Under the pieces are notes generated by a model that saw only the letters and a program-made list of their open reading frames with translations, was not told where the DNA came from and searched no databases. A stretch of DNA of 64,000 nucleotides from Oligoflexales bacterium (GTDB taxonomy: Bacteria > Myxococcota_A > UBA9042 > DTJE01): positions 2,059 to 66,058 of the forward strand of contig DUVQ01000098.1 of the NCBI GenBank assembly GCA_012840965.1. The letters run 5' to 3'. Shown piece by piece: positions 1 through 9,312 of this stretch (its first letter is position 1; each line of letters begins with the position of its first letter). A program made the position numbers and the translations under genes.

Positions 1-1119
1 CTCGATTGCCCTATCGGTCCACGCAAGATCTTGCAAGATGAATCCAAGATCCAGGCTATCGTTCCGAGTATTCGTGCCGCTGTTGATGCTGGCGCTAGGT
101 TGGTATTGGCTTCGCATCTGGGATCTCCTGATGGAAAGCGGGTTCCGTCCCTTTCCATGACCATAATTGGGGAGAGGCTGGCGGCAATCTTGGATCGGGA
201 TATATACGTTCCGGATGATGCAGTCGGCGACGGCCCTAGAAAGGTCATCATGGAGCGGCTAGACGGCGAAATCGTCCTTTTGCAGAACCTCGGCTTTTAT
301 AGCGATGAACAGGCTAATGATGACCTTTTTGCTCAAAGATTGGGAGCTTTGGCCGACGTGTACGTAAATGAGGCATTTGCTTTAAACCATCTGTCGCTAG
401 CCTCAACAGCCACATTGCCCAAGTATCTGACAGTTAACGGTGCCGGGCCACTTTTCCACAAGGAATTTAAGCGGTTAAATGCGCTTAAGACATCATTGGA
501 TTCGAACCTAGTGCTGATTGCCGGTGGTGAGACAGTTGGTGGCACTTTTGACCTGATTCAGGCCTTTTTCAATCGAATTAAGACGCTCGTCATTGGTGGC
601 CCGATGGTTGCGACTTGGCTTGCGGCAAACGGCATGAGGGTTGGACTTTCACCGGTTGAGGCCGATAAGGTTGAGGCTGTGACTAGCCTTTTAGGCAGGG
701 CGAGATTACGAGGTTTTGACGTGATCCTGCCAAAGGATGTGGCGATAATTCGGCAAGCAGACCCCGACAAAAAGATGTTGGTAGGTCCTGTCAACCAGAT
801 TCCTGATGATGGTATAATAGTTGACCTTGGCCCGGCGACGATTCGCGAGATTAACGCTTCATTTGCCGAGGCCAGCACAGTGCTTTGGGCTGGAGAGTTA
901 GGGCGAGGTCTGGATCAGCTTGACGCTACCGAGGCAGTTGGTAAGGCATTGTCTAAGTGTAGGGCCTCTGGCACTATCGTCGGAGACAACCTAGCAGCAG
1001 CCATGAAGATGTTGATGCTGACGCCTTTTTTGGGCCATGTCTCCACAGGTGGAGACGCGTCGATCAGATTTCTTGAGGGAGTGAGTCTACCCGGCTTGAA
1101 ATCGTTAGTGGAGGACTAA
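1..1119 (+). CDS. pgk: phosphoglycerate kinase, 5'-truncated at window edge
   Basis: Frame 1 is open from base 1. The motif ...LVLASHLGSPDG... lies about 40 aa into a typical PGK, so the true start is upstream of the window. C-terminal ...STGGDASIRFLEG... is PGK-like. Stop TAA overlaps the tpiA ATG (TAATG at 1117-1121). Confidence 0.9.
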   Translation, partial: LDCPIGPRKILQDESKIQAIVPSIRAAVDAGARLVLASHLGSPDGKRVPSLSMTIIGERLAAILDRDIYVPDDAVGDGPRKVIMERLDGEIVLLQNLGFYSDEQANDDLFAQRLGALADVYVNEAFALNHLSLASTATLPKYLTVNGAGPLFHKEFKRLNALKTSLDSNLVLIAGGETVGGTFDLIQAFFNRIKTLVIGGPMVATWLAANGMRVGLSPVEADKVEAVTSLLGRARLRGFDVILPKDVAIIRQADPDKKMLVGPVNQIPDDGIIVDLGPATIREINASFAEASTVLWAGELGRGLDQLDATEAVGKALSKCRASGTIVGDNLAAAMKMLMLTPFLGHVSTGGDASIRFLEGVSLPGLKSLVED

Positions 1120-1877
1120 TGGGTAGGAAACCTTTGATTGCTGGTAACTGGAAAATGAACACTGATGCGGTGTCTGCTCCTAACTTGGCTAGAGAAGTGC
1201 TTCAGAAAACCTCAAGGCTGAGAAATGTGGATATCGCTGTATTTCCACCATTTCCCCTGATTCCGTCTGTGCTAAAGGTTTTGGACGGCAGTGCAATCGG
1301 AATTGGTGGTCAAGATATCAGCGCCGAGTTGCAGGGGGCTTTTACCGGAGAGGTTAGCGCTGGAATGATGACCAGCTTGGGCTGCACCTACACGCTGGTT
1401 GGTCACTCCGAGCGCCGCGAATATCATTTAGAATCCGATGAGTTGGTCAATCGCAAGACAATCCGTGCCTTAGAAGCCGGATTAATTCCGATTGTCTGCG
1501 TTGGAGAGAAGCTTTCTGAGCGTGATGGCGGTGAGACTTTTGCCAGGGTGGAGAGGCAAATCAAGGTCGGTTTGGCCGGGCTTTCAAAGGAGCAGATGGC
1601 GCGAGTTGTTATAGCTTACGAGCCGGTTTGGGCGATTGGCACAGGTAGGACCGCGACGCCTCAACAGGCCGAAGAAGTGCATGAATTCATTAGAAAACTT
1701 CTGGCAACTCTGTTTGATCAACAGATCGCAGATGCAACCAGAATTTTATATGGGGGAAGCGTCAAGGCGAGCAATGCCCGCGAGTTGATGTCTCAGCCAG
1801 ATGTTGATGGAGCGCTAGTTGGTGGCGCTAGTCTTTCAAGTGATGACTTTGCAGCAATCGCTGAAAGTGCGGGGTAA
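1119..1877 (+). CDS. tpiA: triosephosphate isomerase
   Basis: 252 aa. N-terminal PLIAGNWKMN and the active-site GHSERR motif. Classic pgk-tpiA-secG order. Confidence 0.92.
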   Translation: MGRKPLIAGNWKMNTDAVSAPNLAREVLQKTSRLRNVDIAVFPPFPLIPSVLKVLDGSAIGIGGQDISAELQGAFTGEVSAGMMTSLGCTYTLVGHSERREYHLESDELVNRKTIRALEAGLIPIVCVGEKLSERDGGETFARVERQIKVGLAGLSKEQMARVVIAYEPVWAIGTGRTATPQQAEEVHEFIRKLLATLFDQQIADATRILYGGSVKASNARELMSQPDVDGALVGGASLSSDDFAAIAESAG

Positions 1878-1881
1878 TGCA

Positions 1882-2199
1882 ATGGACGTACTATTTGGGT
1901 TCTTAGTCGCTTTTCACGCGATCATATCCGCTCTCTTGATTATCGTTATTTTGCTACAGCCTGGTAAAAGCGGCGGTATGGGCGCAGTATTTGGTGGAGG
2001 TTCTTCAACGTCTGTATTTGGCGGTCGTGGAGCAACCACCATCCTTAGCAAGGGTACTGGAGTGTTGGCGGCGCTATTTTTCGCCCTCTCCATCGCCATC
2101 GCGATACTGGGGACTGACTCTAGTGTCACTTCGAGTATTGACGTAGACACCCCAGTATCTACAAGCGCACCAGTAGCGCCAGAAGGCGATTCGAACTAA
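1882..2199 (+). CDS. secG: preprotein translocase subunit SecG
   Basis: The internal ATG at 1882 gives MDVLFGFLVAFHAIISALLIIVILLQPGKSGGMGAVFGGGS..., a typical SecG TM1 plus Gly-rich loop. The ORF-track start at 1819 overlaps tpiA and is likely too far upstream. Confidence 0.8.
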   Translation: MDVLFGFLVAFHAIISALLIIVILLQPGKSGGMGAVFGGGSSTSVFGGRGATTILSKGTGVLAALFFALSIAIAILGTDSSVTSSIDVDTPVSTSAPVAPEGDSN

Positions 2200-2201
2200 A
2201 C

Positions 2202-2217
2202 TGTTTCACGTGAAACA
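2202..2217. promoter_or_regulatory. parS: parS centromere-like site (TGTTTCACGTGAAACA)
   Basis: Perfect 16-bp palindrome matching the chromosomal parS consensus TGTTNCACGTGAAACA, read directly from the sequence. It overlaps the predicted parA start codon. Confidence 0.8.
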
Positions 2218-2995
2218 TTTGAACGCACCAATCAGAATAGCAGTTGCCAATCAAAAGGGAGGGGTTGGAAAGACCACCACTGCGGTCAACCTAGCCGCTT
2301 CACTTGCAGCCCTTGACGTTCCAACTACTTTAATCGATCTGGACCCTCAAGCTAACGCAAGCCTCGCTTTTGGGCTAGATTATCGCCTGGGTGGACCTCA
2401 CATCTATGAGGCGATGATTGGAAACTATTCTATCAATGACATCTTCAGGGACACAGAACTACCTCTGCTAAAGGTCATCCCTTCCAATCCTGATGTTATA
2501 GCCGCAGAGGTTGAACTAGTTGATCACCCAAGAAGAGCCAATCTTTTGGCAGACACTTTGGAACAGGTTACCGACCCAACCACAATCACCATCATAGACT
2601 GCCCTCCTGCGTTGGGCTTTTTAACCTTGAACGCGCTGACTGCCGCAAATCACCTGCTGGCTCCACTTCAATGCGAGTTCTACGCCCTAGATGGCTTGGC
2701 AAGATTGCTACATACAGTTGAACTGACTAGGCAGACATACAACCCAGACCTAGAGATTCTAGGTCTAGTGTTGACAATGTTTGACAAGCGCAACCGCCTC
2801 TCACATCAGGTGGCTGACGAGGTTACACGTCATTTCCCAGACCACATTTTGGCCACAAGAATCCCAAGAAATGTTCGTCTTGCAGAAAGCCCATCACATG
2901 GCAAACCAGTATTGCTATTTGATGTACAATCGACTGGCGCCCAGGCGCACCTGGAACTGGCCCAGGAGATAATGGCCAGGTTAAACATCGCTTAG
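2210..2995 (+). CDS. parA: ParA/Soj chromosome-partitioning ATPase
   Basis: Deviant Walker A KGGVGKTT near the N-terminus, and typical ParA length. Start is GTG at 2210 or TTG at 2219, both inside the parS palindrome. Confidence 0.85.
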   Translation: MKHLNAPIRIAVANQKGGVGKTTTAVNLAASLAALDVPTTLIDLDPQANASLAFGLDYRLGGPHIYEAMIGNYSINDIFRDTELPLLKVIPSNPDVIAAEVELVDHPRRANLLADTLEQVTDPTTITIIDCPPALGFLTLNALTAANHLLAPLQCEFYALDGLARLLHTVELTRQTYNPDLEILGLVLTMFDKRNRLSHQVADEVTRHFPDHILATRIPRNVRLAESPSHGKPVLLFDVQSTGAQAHLELAQEIMARLNIA

Positions 2996-3003
2996 GAGCC
3001 AAG

Positions 3004-3858
3004 ATGTCCAGTACAAGACCTGCCCTTGGTAAGGGCGTCTCTGCCCTTTTCCCTTCAACAGCAACATCACCTGGCGGTGTATTGCAGATTTCAGTCGATC
3101 TTATCGACGCTATGAAAGAGCAGCCACGCCAGAATTTTGACCACGCTGGCCTAGAAGATCTGGCTGAATCAATCAAAGAGTCGGGCGTGCTGCAGCCCTT
3201 GCTGGTAACGAAAGAAGGCTCTCGATATCGCCTAATTGCTGGGGAACGACGCCTGCGCGCTGCCAAAATCGCAGGCTTAGCGCAAGTACCAGTTATCGTC
3301 CGGCAGTCAACTGACGAAGATGCGTTTTTATTGGCCTTAGTCGAAAATTTGCAAAGAGAAGACTTAAACCCCATTGAACAGGCAAGGGCATTCAAGCGAT
3401 TGAGCGATGACTACAACATGACACAGGAGGCGATTGCCAAGCGGATTGGCAAACAGCGGTCAACTGTTGCCAACAGCTTGCGGCTTTTAAAACTCGCACC
3501 GGAAGTCTTGGCTGCAGTAGAGGAGGGTAGGCTTGCTGAAGGGACCGCCAGAGCCCTTTTACCCTTAAAACAACAAAGGCAGCTAGAGCTATTGGGGCCA
3601 ATTCTTGAACAAAATATGACCGCCCGAGAGGTAGAACGGCTGGCAAAAATACACAAGCCCAAGCCCAAACAGGCCGCCCCCAAAGAGTCTGCCATGGACG
3701 CTTATTTCGATCAGGTCAGAACCCAACTTGAGGAAAGAACCGGGCTACCGACGACCCTTACCCACAAAGGAAATAGAGGGCGTCTGACCTTTGCCTTTAG
3801 AAGCCTCGCAGAACTAAGAAACCTAGTTGAACAACTGGAGCAGGCGCTTTCAAAATAG
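3004..3858 (+). CDS. parB: ParB/Spo0J partition protein
   Basis: 284 aa. ParB box GVLQPLLV...RYRLIAGERRLRAAKIAGL...VPVIV and an HTH region, immediately downstream of parA. Confidence 0.85.
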   Translation: MSSTRPALGKGVSALFPSTATSPGGVLQISVDLIDAMKEQPRQNFDHAGLEDLAESIKESGVLQPLLVTKEGSRYRLIAGERRLRAAKIAGLAQVPVIVRQSTDEDAFLLALVENLQREDLNPIEQARAFKRLSDDYNMTQEAIAKRIGKQRSTVANSLRLLKLAPEVLAAVEEGRLAEGTARALLPLKQQRQLELLGPILEQNMTAREVERLAKIHKPKPKQAAPKESAMDAYFDQVRTQLEERTGLPTTLTHKGNRGRLTFAFRSLAELRNLVEQLEQALSK

Positions 3859-3863
3859 AGCAT

Positions 3864-4484
3864 TCACAACAGCCACAAGGTAACCAACCAACTGGCAAGC
3901 AGACAAATTGAAACGACACCAATGCCCACAAACCTAGGCCAATAGATCTTTCCATCTTTGGACATACCAAACCAAGCCAAGATGAACAACGAGCTAACCC
4001 AGCCAATAAACAGCAATACTGCCAAGGTCGATCCGAGCGCAAAAGGGGTAAAATCCTTCTCAAGCAATTCAAGATGCTGGGCAGCAGAAAGAGCACGATC
4101 ACCGCGCTCCTTGAAATCCTGTACGGCCATTAGCTCGGCAATCCTGGAATTGGCTTGTGCAAGTGTCGCTGAATCTGGAACCACGATCCATCGACTACCG
4201 AGAATGGATCCACGAATATGACGCAAGGCAGACAGCGACAACTCGGGATCGTCGCCGTCGGCTATCTCAAAAAGCGAAGTCCAGGCGGCCTTTTGAGGGC
4301 CCACAAAAGGCAGATACCACCTTGCGGCCTTGCCAAACGATGAAACCGCTTTTTGGGCGTCTCCAGCCCTTAATAGAGCCTGTCCCTCGAAAAGAGCACT
4401 GTAACCGCAAATCAACACCCTCGCGATTAACGCCAGCAGGACAACGGCGATGCCTATCAAAACGATGCCCTTTTTAGAGATCAA
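3864..4484 (-). CDS. membrane protein, unknown function (last gene of the ABC-2 operon)
   Basis: 206 aa with N- and C-terminal TM segments. Start overlaps the stop of the upstream permease (4481-4484). Confidence 0.5.
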   Translation of the reverse strand: MISKKGIVLIGIAVVLLALIARVLICGYSALFEGQALLRAGDAQKAVSSFGKAARWYLPFVGPQKAAWTSLFEIADGDDPELSLSALRHIRGSILGSRWIVVPDSATLAQANSRIAELMAVQDFKERGDRALSAAQHLELLEKDFTPFALGSTLAVLLFIGWVSSLFILAWFGMSKDGKIYWPRFVGIGVVSICLLASWLVTLWLL

Positions 4485-5290
4485 TTAAAATCCCTCCGCG
4501 AAAAGATTAAAACAGCGAGAGCAAAAAAGAGGGCAGACCAGCCGAGACAATAAAAGAAGGCCCCAGAAACATAGTGCCACGTCACTGGGATACCCAAAAT
4601 CAATTCCTTGCTAACATTAAAAACGGTCATATCTGGCACCACCTTTATGGTGCCCTCAGCCAAAAACCGCATGGCTGGGCTGGCAGCCAAGGGCCCCTTT
4701 CTTAGGGTCAACAGATCCTGCAAAACTGGAATCATAGTACCAACGATAAAGACACCAAATGTAAAAACACCTGACAGAATAGGGCTAGCAAAGGTCGAAA
4801 ACAAAAGAGCCAACGATGTAACTAATGCTGCCTGAAGCCAAGTAAGAATCAGCGCCTTGAACAAATCAGCAGGCAGCGCGACATCGCGTATTACCAGCAC
4901 CAAAACCCAAGCCAAACCCATCAAAAACAAGGTGACAACTAAAACAGACAAAAGGCCAAGCAGCTTTCCAGCGAGCACCTCAGCTCGTCTGATCGGTTTG
5001 GTTAAAACCACGTAAAACGTCTTGCGGTCGACCTCTTTAAAAACAAGAATGACACCCATAGTTATCGATATGACGACAAGCAATAACGAAACGGCAAACA
5101 GGCCAAAGTCGACCAACACTCTGGCGCGTTGGTCAGAAACCGCAAGCCCAGAAATCGCCATCGAGGAAACCACCAAAGCGATAGCGGCAATACCAAGACC
5201 GATAAATGCGCGATTTCGTGACGCCTCGGTGAACGTATTTATTGCTATGGCACCAATCCGATTGAAAGAGCCACCAAACGATCCACTCAT
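4481..5290 (-). CDS. ABC-2 family transporter permease
   Basis: 269 aa, polytopic (about 6 TM), ABC-2-type permease architecture. Translationally coupled to the ATPase (overlap 5287-5290). Confidence 0.7.
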   Translation of the reverse strand: MSGSFGGSFNRIGAIAINTFTEASRNRAFIGLGIAAIALVVSSMAISGLAVSDQRARVLVDFGLFAVSLLLVVISITMGVILVFKEVDRKTFYVVLTKPIRRAEVLAGKLLGLLSVLVVTLFLMGLAWVLVLVIRDVALPADLFKALILTWLQAALVTSLALLFSTFASPILSGVFTFGVFIVGTMIPVLQDLLTLRKGPLAASPAMRFLAEGTIKVVPDMTVFNVSKELILGIPVTWHYVSGAFFYCLGWSALFFALAVLIFSRRDFN

Positions 5291-6234
5291 ATAGTCGCCT
5301 CCATCGCAGGGCCACCACCAGACTGACTAATAAACAAAGACTCAAGGCTAATTCGTTGGTCACTCACACTGACAATATGAAGCCCTGCCCTCAAAAGGCT
5401 CATTAACACTTCGTCCGCTTGGGCGTTCTCGACCACCAGCCTATGAACCAAGGAACCAACGACCTCGACACTTTTGACACCAGCAAGCAGCTCAACTGAA
5501 GCGACGTCTTTAAGCCCGCCGACAAGAATTTCCTTCTCACCACTGCCGGACCCAAGCAGCTGCTCCAAGGTCCCTTCCGCTTTTACAAACCCCTTATCGA
5601 TGATGACCACACGGTCACAAAGTCGCTCGATATCAGAAAGGATGTGAGAAGAAAAGAAAACTGTCTTACCCTGCGATTTCAAGGAAGCGAGAAGGTCAAT
5701 CACTTCCTTGCGCCCAATTGGGTCAAGCCCAGATAACGGCTCATCAAGGACGATCAGCTCAGGGTCGTTGATTAAAGCTTGTGCAATACCAATCCTTTGC
5801 AACATACCCTTTGAAAATTTGCGCAGCGTCTTGTTCCTGGCGTCTTCAAGGCCAACAACCCTCAGCAATTCATCGATCCGCTTCTCTCGAACCGACCTTG
5901 GTATGCTGAAAATCCGTCCAAAAGTATGAAGCAGCTCCTGAGGCTTGAGATAGTCGTAGAAATAAGGCTGCTCCGGCAAAAACCCGACACGACTCATCAC
6001 AGCATACTGCCCTGGCGAGCCACCAAGGATGCGAATAGTTCCACCGGTAGGACGAATAAGCCCCATCATCGCCTTCATGGTAGTGGTCTTGCCTGCCCCA
6101 TTTGGGCCCAAAAACCCAAATATTTCCCCAGGCTTCACCTTAAAGGACACGTCCTTTACTGCCTCAACCTTCCTCTGGGTCATGACCGTTCTGAAATGCT
6201 TTTTAAAGCCTTCTACCTCAATGATGTACTCCAA
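5287..6234 (-). CDS. ABC transporter ATP-binding protein
   Basis: Walker A GPNGAGKTT, signature/Walker B ...LDEPLSGLD, with a C-terminal extension of about 90 aa. Confidence 0.85.
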   Translation of the reverse strand: MEYIIEVEGFKKHFRTVMTQRKVEAVKDVSFKVKPGEIFGFLGPNGAGKTTTMKAMMGLIRPTGGTIRILGGSPGQYAVMSRVGFLPEQPYFYDYLKPQELLHTFGRIFSIPRSVREKRIDELLRVVGLEDARNKTLRKFSKGMLQRIGIAQALINDPELIVLDEPLSGLDPIGRKEVIDLLASLKSQGKTVFFSSHILSDIERLCDRVVIIDKGFVKAEGTLEQLLGSGSGEKEILVGGLKDVASVELLAGVKSVEVVGSLVHRLVVENAQADEVLMSLLRAGLHIVSVSDQRISLESLFISQSGGGPAMEATI

Positions 6235-6235
6235 G

Positions 6236-7336
6236 CTACCCTCCCAAAGCCTTGCTCAAGGCAGTCACAGCCATTTCAACATCACTTTCACTAAGCTCAC
6301 TAAAAAGTGGCATTGCAAGCGTAGTCCTAGCCAACCTCTCAGAATTCGGACACTTGGCCCAAGACGCCCCAAAACGCTTGTAAAAGGTCTGCTCAGTAAG
6401 CGCGTGCGCAGCCAACCCAACTCCAATCCCGCCATCGATTAGCCTTTGCCGAATTGGCGCCGCATCGCCTTCAAGCACAACAATCAGCGACTGCCACACG
6501 CGACCGGCCAAAGGACCACCTTGCACATAAACACCGGGCACGTCGGCTAAAAGTCGCGTGTATAGCTGACCTAGATGAGCATGCCTCTGTATCGCATCGC
6601 CCAGTTTCTTCAACTGAACCCTACCAACAGAGGCAAGCAGGTCAGACAACCTAAAGTTCAAACCCACCTCAGTGAAAATATCTCCAGGTCCACTGCCAGT
6701 ACGCCCGTAATCGCGAAATACCCTAACCTTGTTCATCTGTTCGGGACGACCGGTGACTACACCCCCTTCGCCTGCGGTAACCAGCTTTCGTGGGTGAAAC
6801 GAGTAAATGCCTAGCGTACCAACCGTCCCGGAAGGGTTGCCCTTTGGTGTAAACCCACCCAACGAACAGGCAGCATCCTCGATAATGGGTATCCCGCCCA
6901 CAGCGTCCGCTATTAGCTCGATATCAGCAGAAACCCCAAACGGATGGATAACGACAACCGCCTTTGTCTTTGAATTACAGACCCTTGCAGTCATTTCTGG
7001 GGTGGAAGCCATGGTAATCATGTCCACATCCGCCGCGACTGGAGTGGCACCAAGCAAAACCACAGCTTGAGCAGCGGCTGGAAAGGTGAATGCAGGCACA
7101 ACGACCTCGTCACCAGGACCAACATCCATCGCTGCGAGAGCACAGAAAAGGGCGGCCCCTCCACTAGATACTGCCAGCGTTGGCGCCCCTCCAATATACT
7201 CGGAAACCTCCCTCTCAAAGGCCGCTGATTCTGAGCCAGCCGCCACATGTCGAGATTGGATGACCCTAGCCAAAGCATCAATTTCATCGCTACCCACAGC
7301 CGGCCTAGCCAAGGGCACAAACTGTTTTTCACTCAT
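6236..7336 (-). CDS. DegT/DnrJ/EryC1/StrS-family PLP-dependent sugar aminotransferase (ArnB-like)
   Basis: N-terminal ...FVPLARPAVGSDEIDALARVIQS... and overall DegT-family similarity. Start placed at the internal Met (MSEKQFVPL...) to avoid a 28-nt overlap with the next gene. Confidence 0.75.
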   Translation of the reverse strand: MSEKQFVPLARPAVGSDEIDALARVIQSRHVAAGSESAAFEREVSEYIGGAPTLAVSSGGAALFCALAAMDVGPGDEVVVPAFTFPAAAQAVVLLGATPVAADVDMITMASTPEMTARVCNSKTKAVVVIHPFGVSADIELIADAVGGIPIIEDAACSLGGFTPKGNPSGTVGTLGIYSFHPRKLVTAGEGGVVTGRPEQMNKVRVFRDYGRTGSGPGDIFTEVGLNFRLSDLLASVGRVQLKKLGDAIQRHAHLGQLYTRLLADVPGVYVQGGPLAGRVWQSLIVVLEGDAAPIRQRLIDGGIGVGLAAHALTEQTFYKRFGASWAKCPNSERLARTTLAMPLFSELSESDVEMAVTALSKALGG

Positions 7337-7338
7337 TA

Positions 7339-8292
7339 TTAAGCCCCCATTCGGGTTCGATACCAAGCTATGGTCTTTCTTAACCCCTCATCGAGGTCGA
7401 CCTTGGCCTCAAAACCCAAAAGTTCCTTAGCCTTGGAGACATCAGGTATTCTCAGCTCAACATCTGCAAACGGCCAAGGTTCGAAAACAATTTCAGATTT
7501 GGACTCAGCCAGTCGAACTATTTCTTTGGCCAGATTGTAAATCGTAACGGTGGCCCTGGGATTACCAATATTGAACGCCTCACCAACGGCTTCGGGCACA
7601 GTCAGAACCCTGCAAATTCCTTCAACTATGTCATCTATATAACACCATGAACGAATCTGAGCACCATCGTTATGAACCTTGATCTGCTCACCCCTCAACG
7701 CCTTGACAATAAAGTGATGGATAGCTCCCTCGCCCACTTGTCTTGGCCCATAAATATTAAAAGGCCTAACAGAAACAGCTGGAAAGCCGAACTGACGATG
7801 ATAAGACAATGCCAGATGCTCAGTGGCAAGCTTGCTTACAGCATATGTCCACCTAGCCTCACCCACTGCACCAAGCTTTGAGACATCCCCCTCACGAACC
7901 TTGTAGGCATACTGGCCAAACACCTCAGATGTCGAAAAATCGACAAATCGCTCTACACACCCCTCCTCGAACGCGGCCTCAACAACGTTCATGGTTCCCT
8001 TCAGGGCAACTCTCATGGTTGTAACTGGCGACTTCATGACCGTATCTACACCAGCAATTGACGCCATATGAACGATGATTTTGCACCCTTCTACAGCCGA
8101 ACGCACGGTGCCAAAATCCATGACATCACCTTGGATCAAGGTGACATTTGGATGCGAAAGCAGCTCAGTTTCCTTTAAGGCGTTTCGATGCAGATTATCG
8201 AGCAACACCACTTGATACTTATCCACCAGCCGAAGTGTCAGTGAAGACCCAATAAAGCCAGCGCCACCAGTGATCAAAATCTTGTCAGTCAT
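7339..8292 (-). CDS. NAD-dependent epimerase/dehydratase (SDR family; UDP-sugar dehydratase/decarboxylase-like)
   Basis: Rossmann motif ILITGGAGFIGS at the N-terminus. 317 aa. Confidence 0.8.
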   Translation of the reverse strand: MTDKILITGGAGFIGSSLTLRLVDKYQVVLLDNLHRNALKETELLSHPNVTLIQGDVMDFGTVRSAVEGCKIIVHMASIAGVDTVMKSPVTTMRVALKGTMNVVEAAFEEGCVERFVDFSTSEVFGQYAYKVREGDVSKLGAVGEARWTYAVSKLATEHLALSYHRQFGFPAVSVRPFNIYGPRQVGEGAIHHFIVKALRGEQIKVHNDGAQIRSWCYIDDIVEGICRVLTVPEAVGEAFNIGNPRATVTIYNLAKEIVRLAESKSEIVFEPWPFADVELRIPDVSKAKELLGFEAKVDLDEGLRKTIAWYRTRMGA

Positions 8293-9217
8293 TAGTCAAT
8301 TCACCCGTGTTATCGGAACTATCCGCAATAAGCGCAAACAGCGAGACTGGCATAAACCCAAATCTGGCACGCCATTCACGCTCTTCATTCGCAATTCCAT
8401 CCGCTAAGGCCTCAGAAATCAACCCAACCCGCCTAACCAGCTGCTTGCGCTGATCCGCACTTGAGTCATAGTACTTTTGCAGTGCGTATGCCACCGCCAA
8501 ACTATTGTCTTCACTGCGCTCAAACAATTCAGCCACAAAATTTGGATCAATCGGGGCCCCAGGCAACCCAGCGGCAATCGCAAAATGGTCTCTAGCCATC
8601 AGCCTTTGCTCTGCCTTCTCCGCATCATCTTTACCAACCATTTCAAAATAAAGGTTAAATCCGAGATCCATATGCAGGCGCCAGTCTCTGGGAAACACCT
8701 TCAACCCTTCTTCCAAAAACCAGTTTGACTTACCAATGATGCGGTCATCAATGTGCTGACCATATTTCATAACTTGGCTGGCCCAAAGATAAATTCGCGG
8801 GTTGTCCGGGTCCAGCCCTCTGACTGCTTCAAAATAATTATCGAGCCATACAAATCGCCGATCAGCAAAAAAGTGGGTCAGGAAATAAGCATGCGCCCTG
8901 ACAAAAAGCAGGTCCGACCAAACCGAGTAATAACCAAGCGACAAAATCTTTAACACGACAACAGGTGGCAGGTACAAAGTCTCTGCCGCCAACGCATCCT
9001 GCCAGGTGAGCGCCTTGATGGCATCCTGGTCATAGCTGGTGCTGCCATCAGCATCCCTAACAACAACTGTCGAAAGCGGCCTACTAAACGACCATCTAAT
9101 CTCACTTTTGGAAACCAAAACTGTTTGATAGCCAAGGACCATGATCAAAACTGCAGCAACAGTAGTCAGCCATGTTCGTGAAGATTTGGCCCCTTTTTGT
9201 TCTTTCTTTTCAACCAT
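8285..9217 (-). CDS. membrane-anchored hypothetical protein (first gene of the operon)
   Basis: Start moved to MVEKKEQKGAKSSRTWLTTVAAVLIMVLGY (N-terminal TM anchor). The track ORF extended to 9331 and overlapped the divergent gene. Stop overlaps the epimerase start. Confidence 0.5.
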   Translation of the reverse strand: MVEKKEQKGAKSSRTWLTTVAAVLIMVLGYQTVLVSKSEIRWSFSRPLSTVVVRDADGSTSYDQDAIKALTWQDALAAETLYLPPVVVLKILSLGYYSVWSDLLFVRAHAYFLTHFFADRRFVWLDNYFEAVRGLDPDNPRIYLWASQVMKYGQHIDDRIIGKSNWFLEEGLKVFPRDWRLHMDLGFNLYFEMVGKDDAEKAEQRLMARDHFAIAAGLPGAPIDPNFVAELFERSEDNSLAVAYALQKYYDSSADQRKQLVRRVGLISEALADGIANEEREWRARFGFMPVSLFALIADSSDNTGELTND

Positions 9218-9312
9218 CTCAGACCTAGCAAAAACTCGCTTTTGCGACACACACCACATCGCCGCTGATGTTATCATAGTTGGCCGTGAGCGTTCACAAA
9301 CCAAGAGCATTG

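Noticed and set aside
333-878. Minus-strand ORFs inside pgk (333-545, 558-878)
   Set aside because: They are embedded antisense to a well-supported PGK reading frame, with no RBS or homology.
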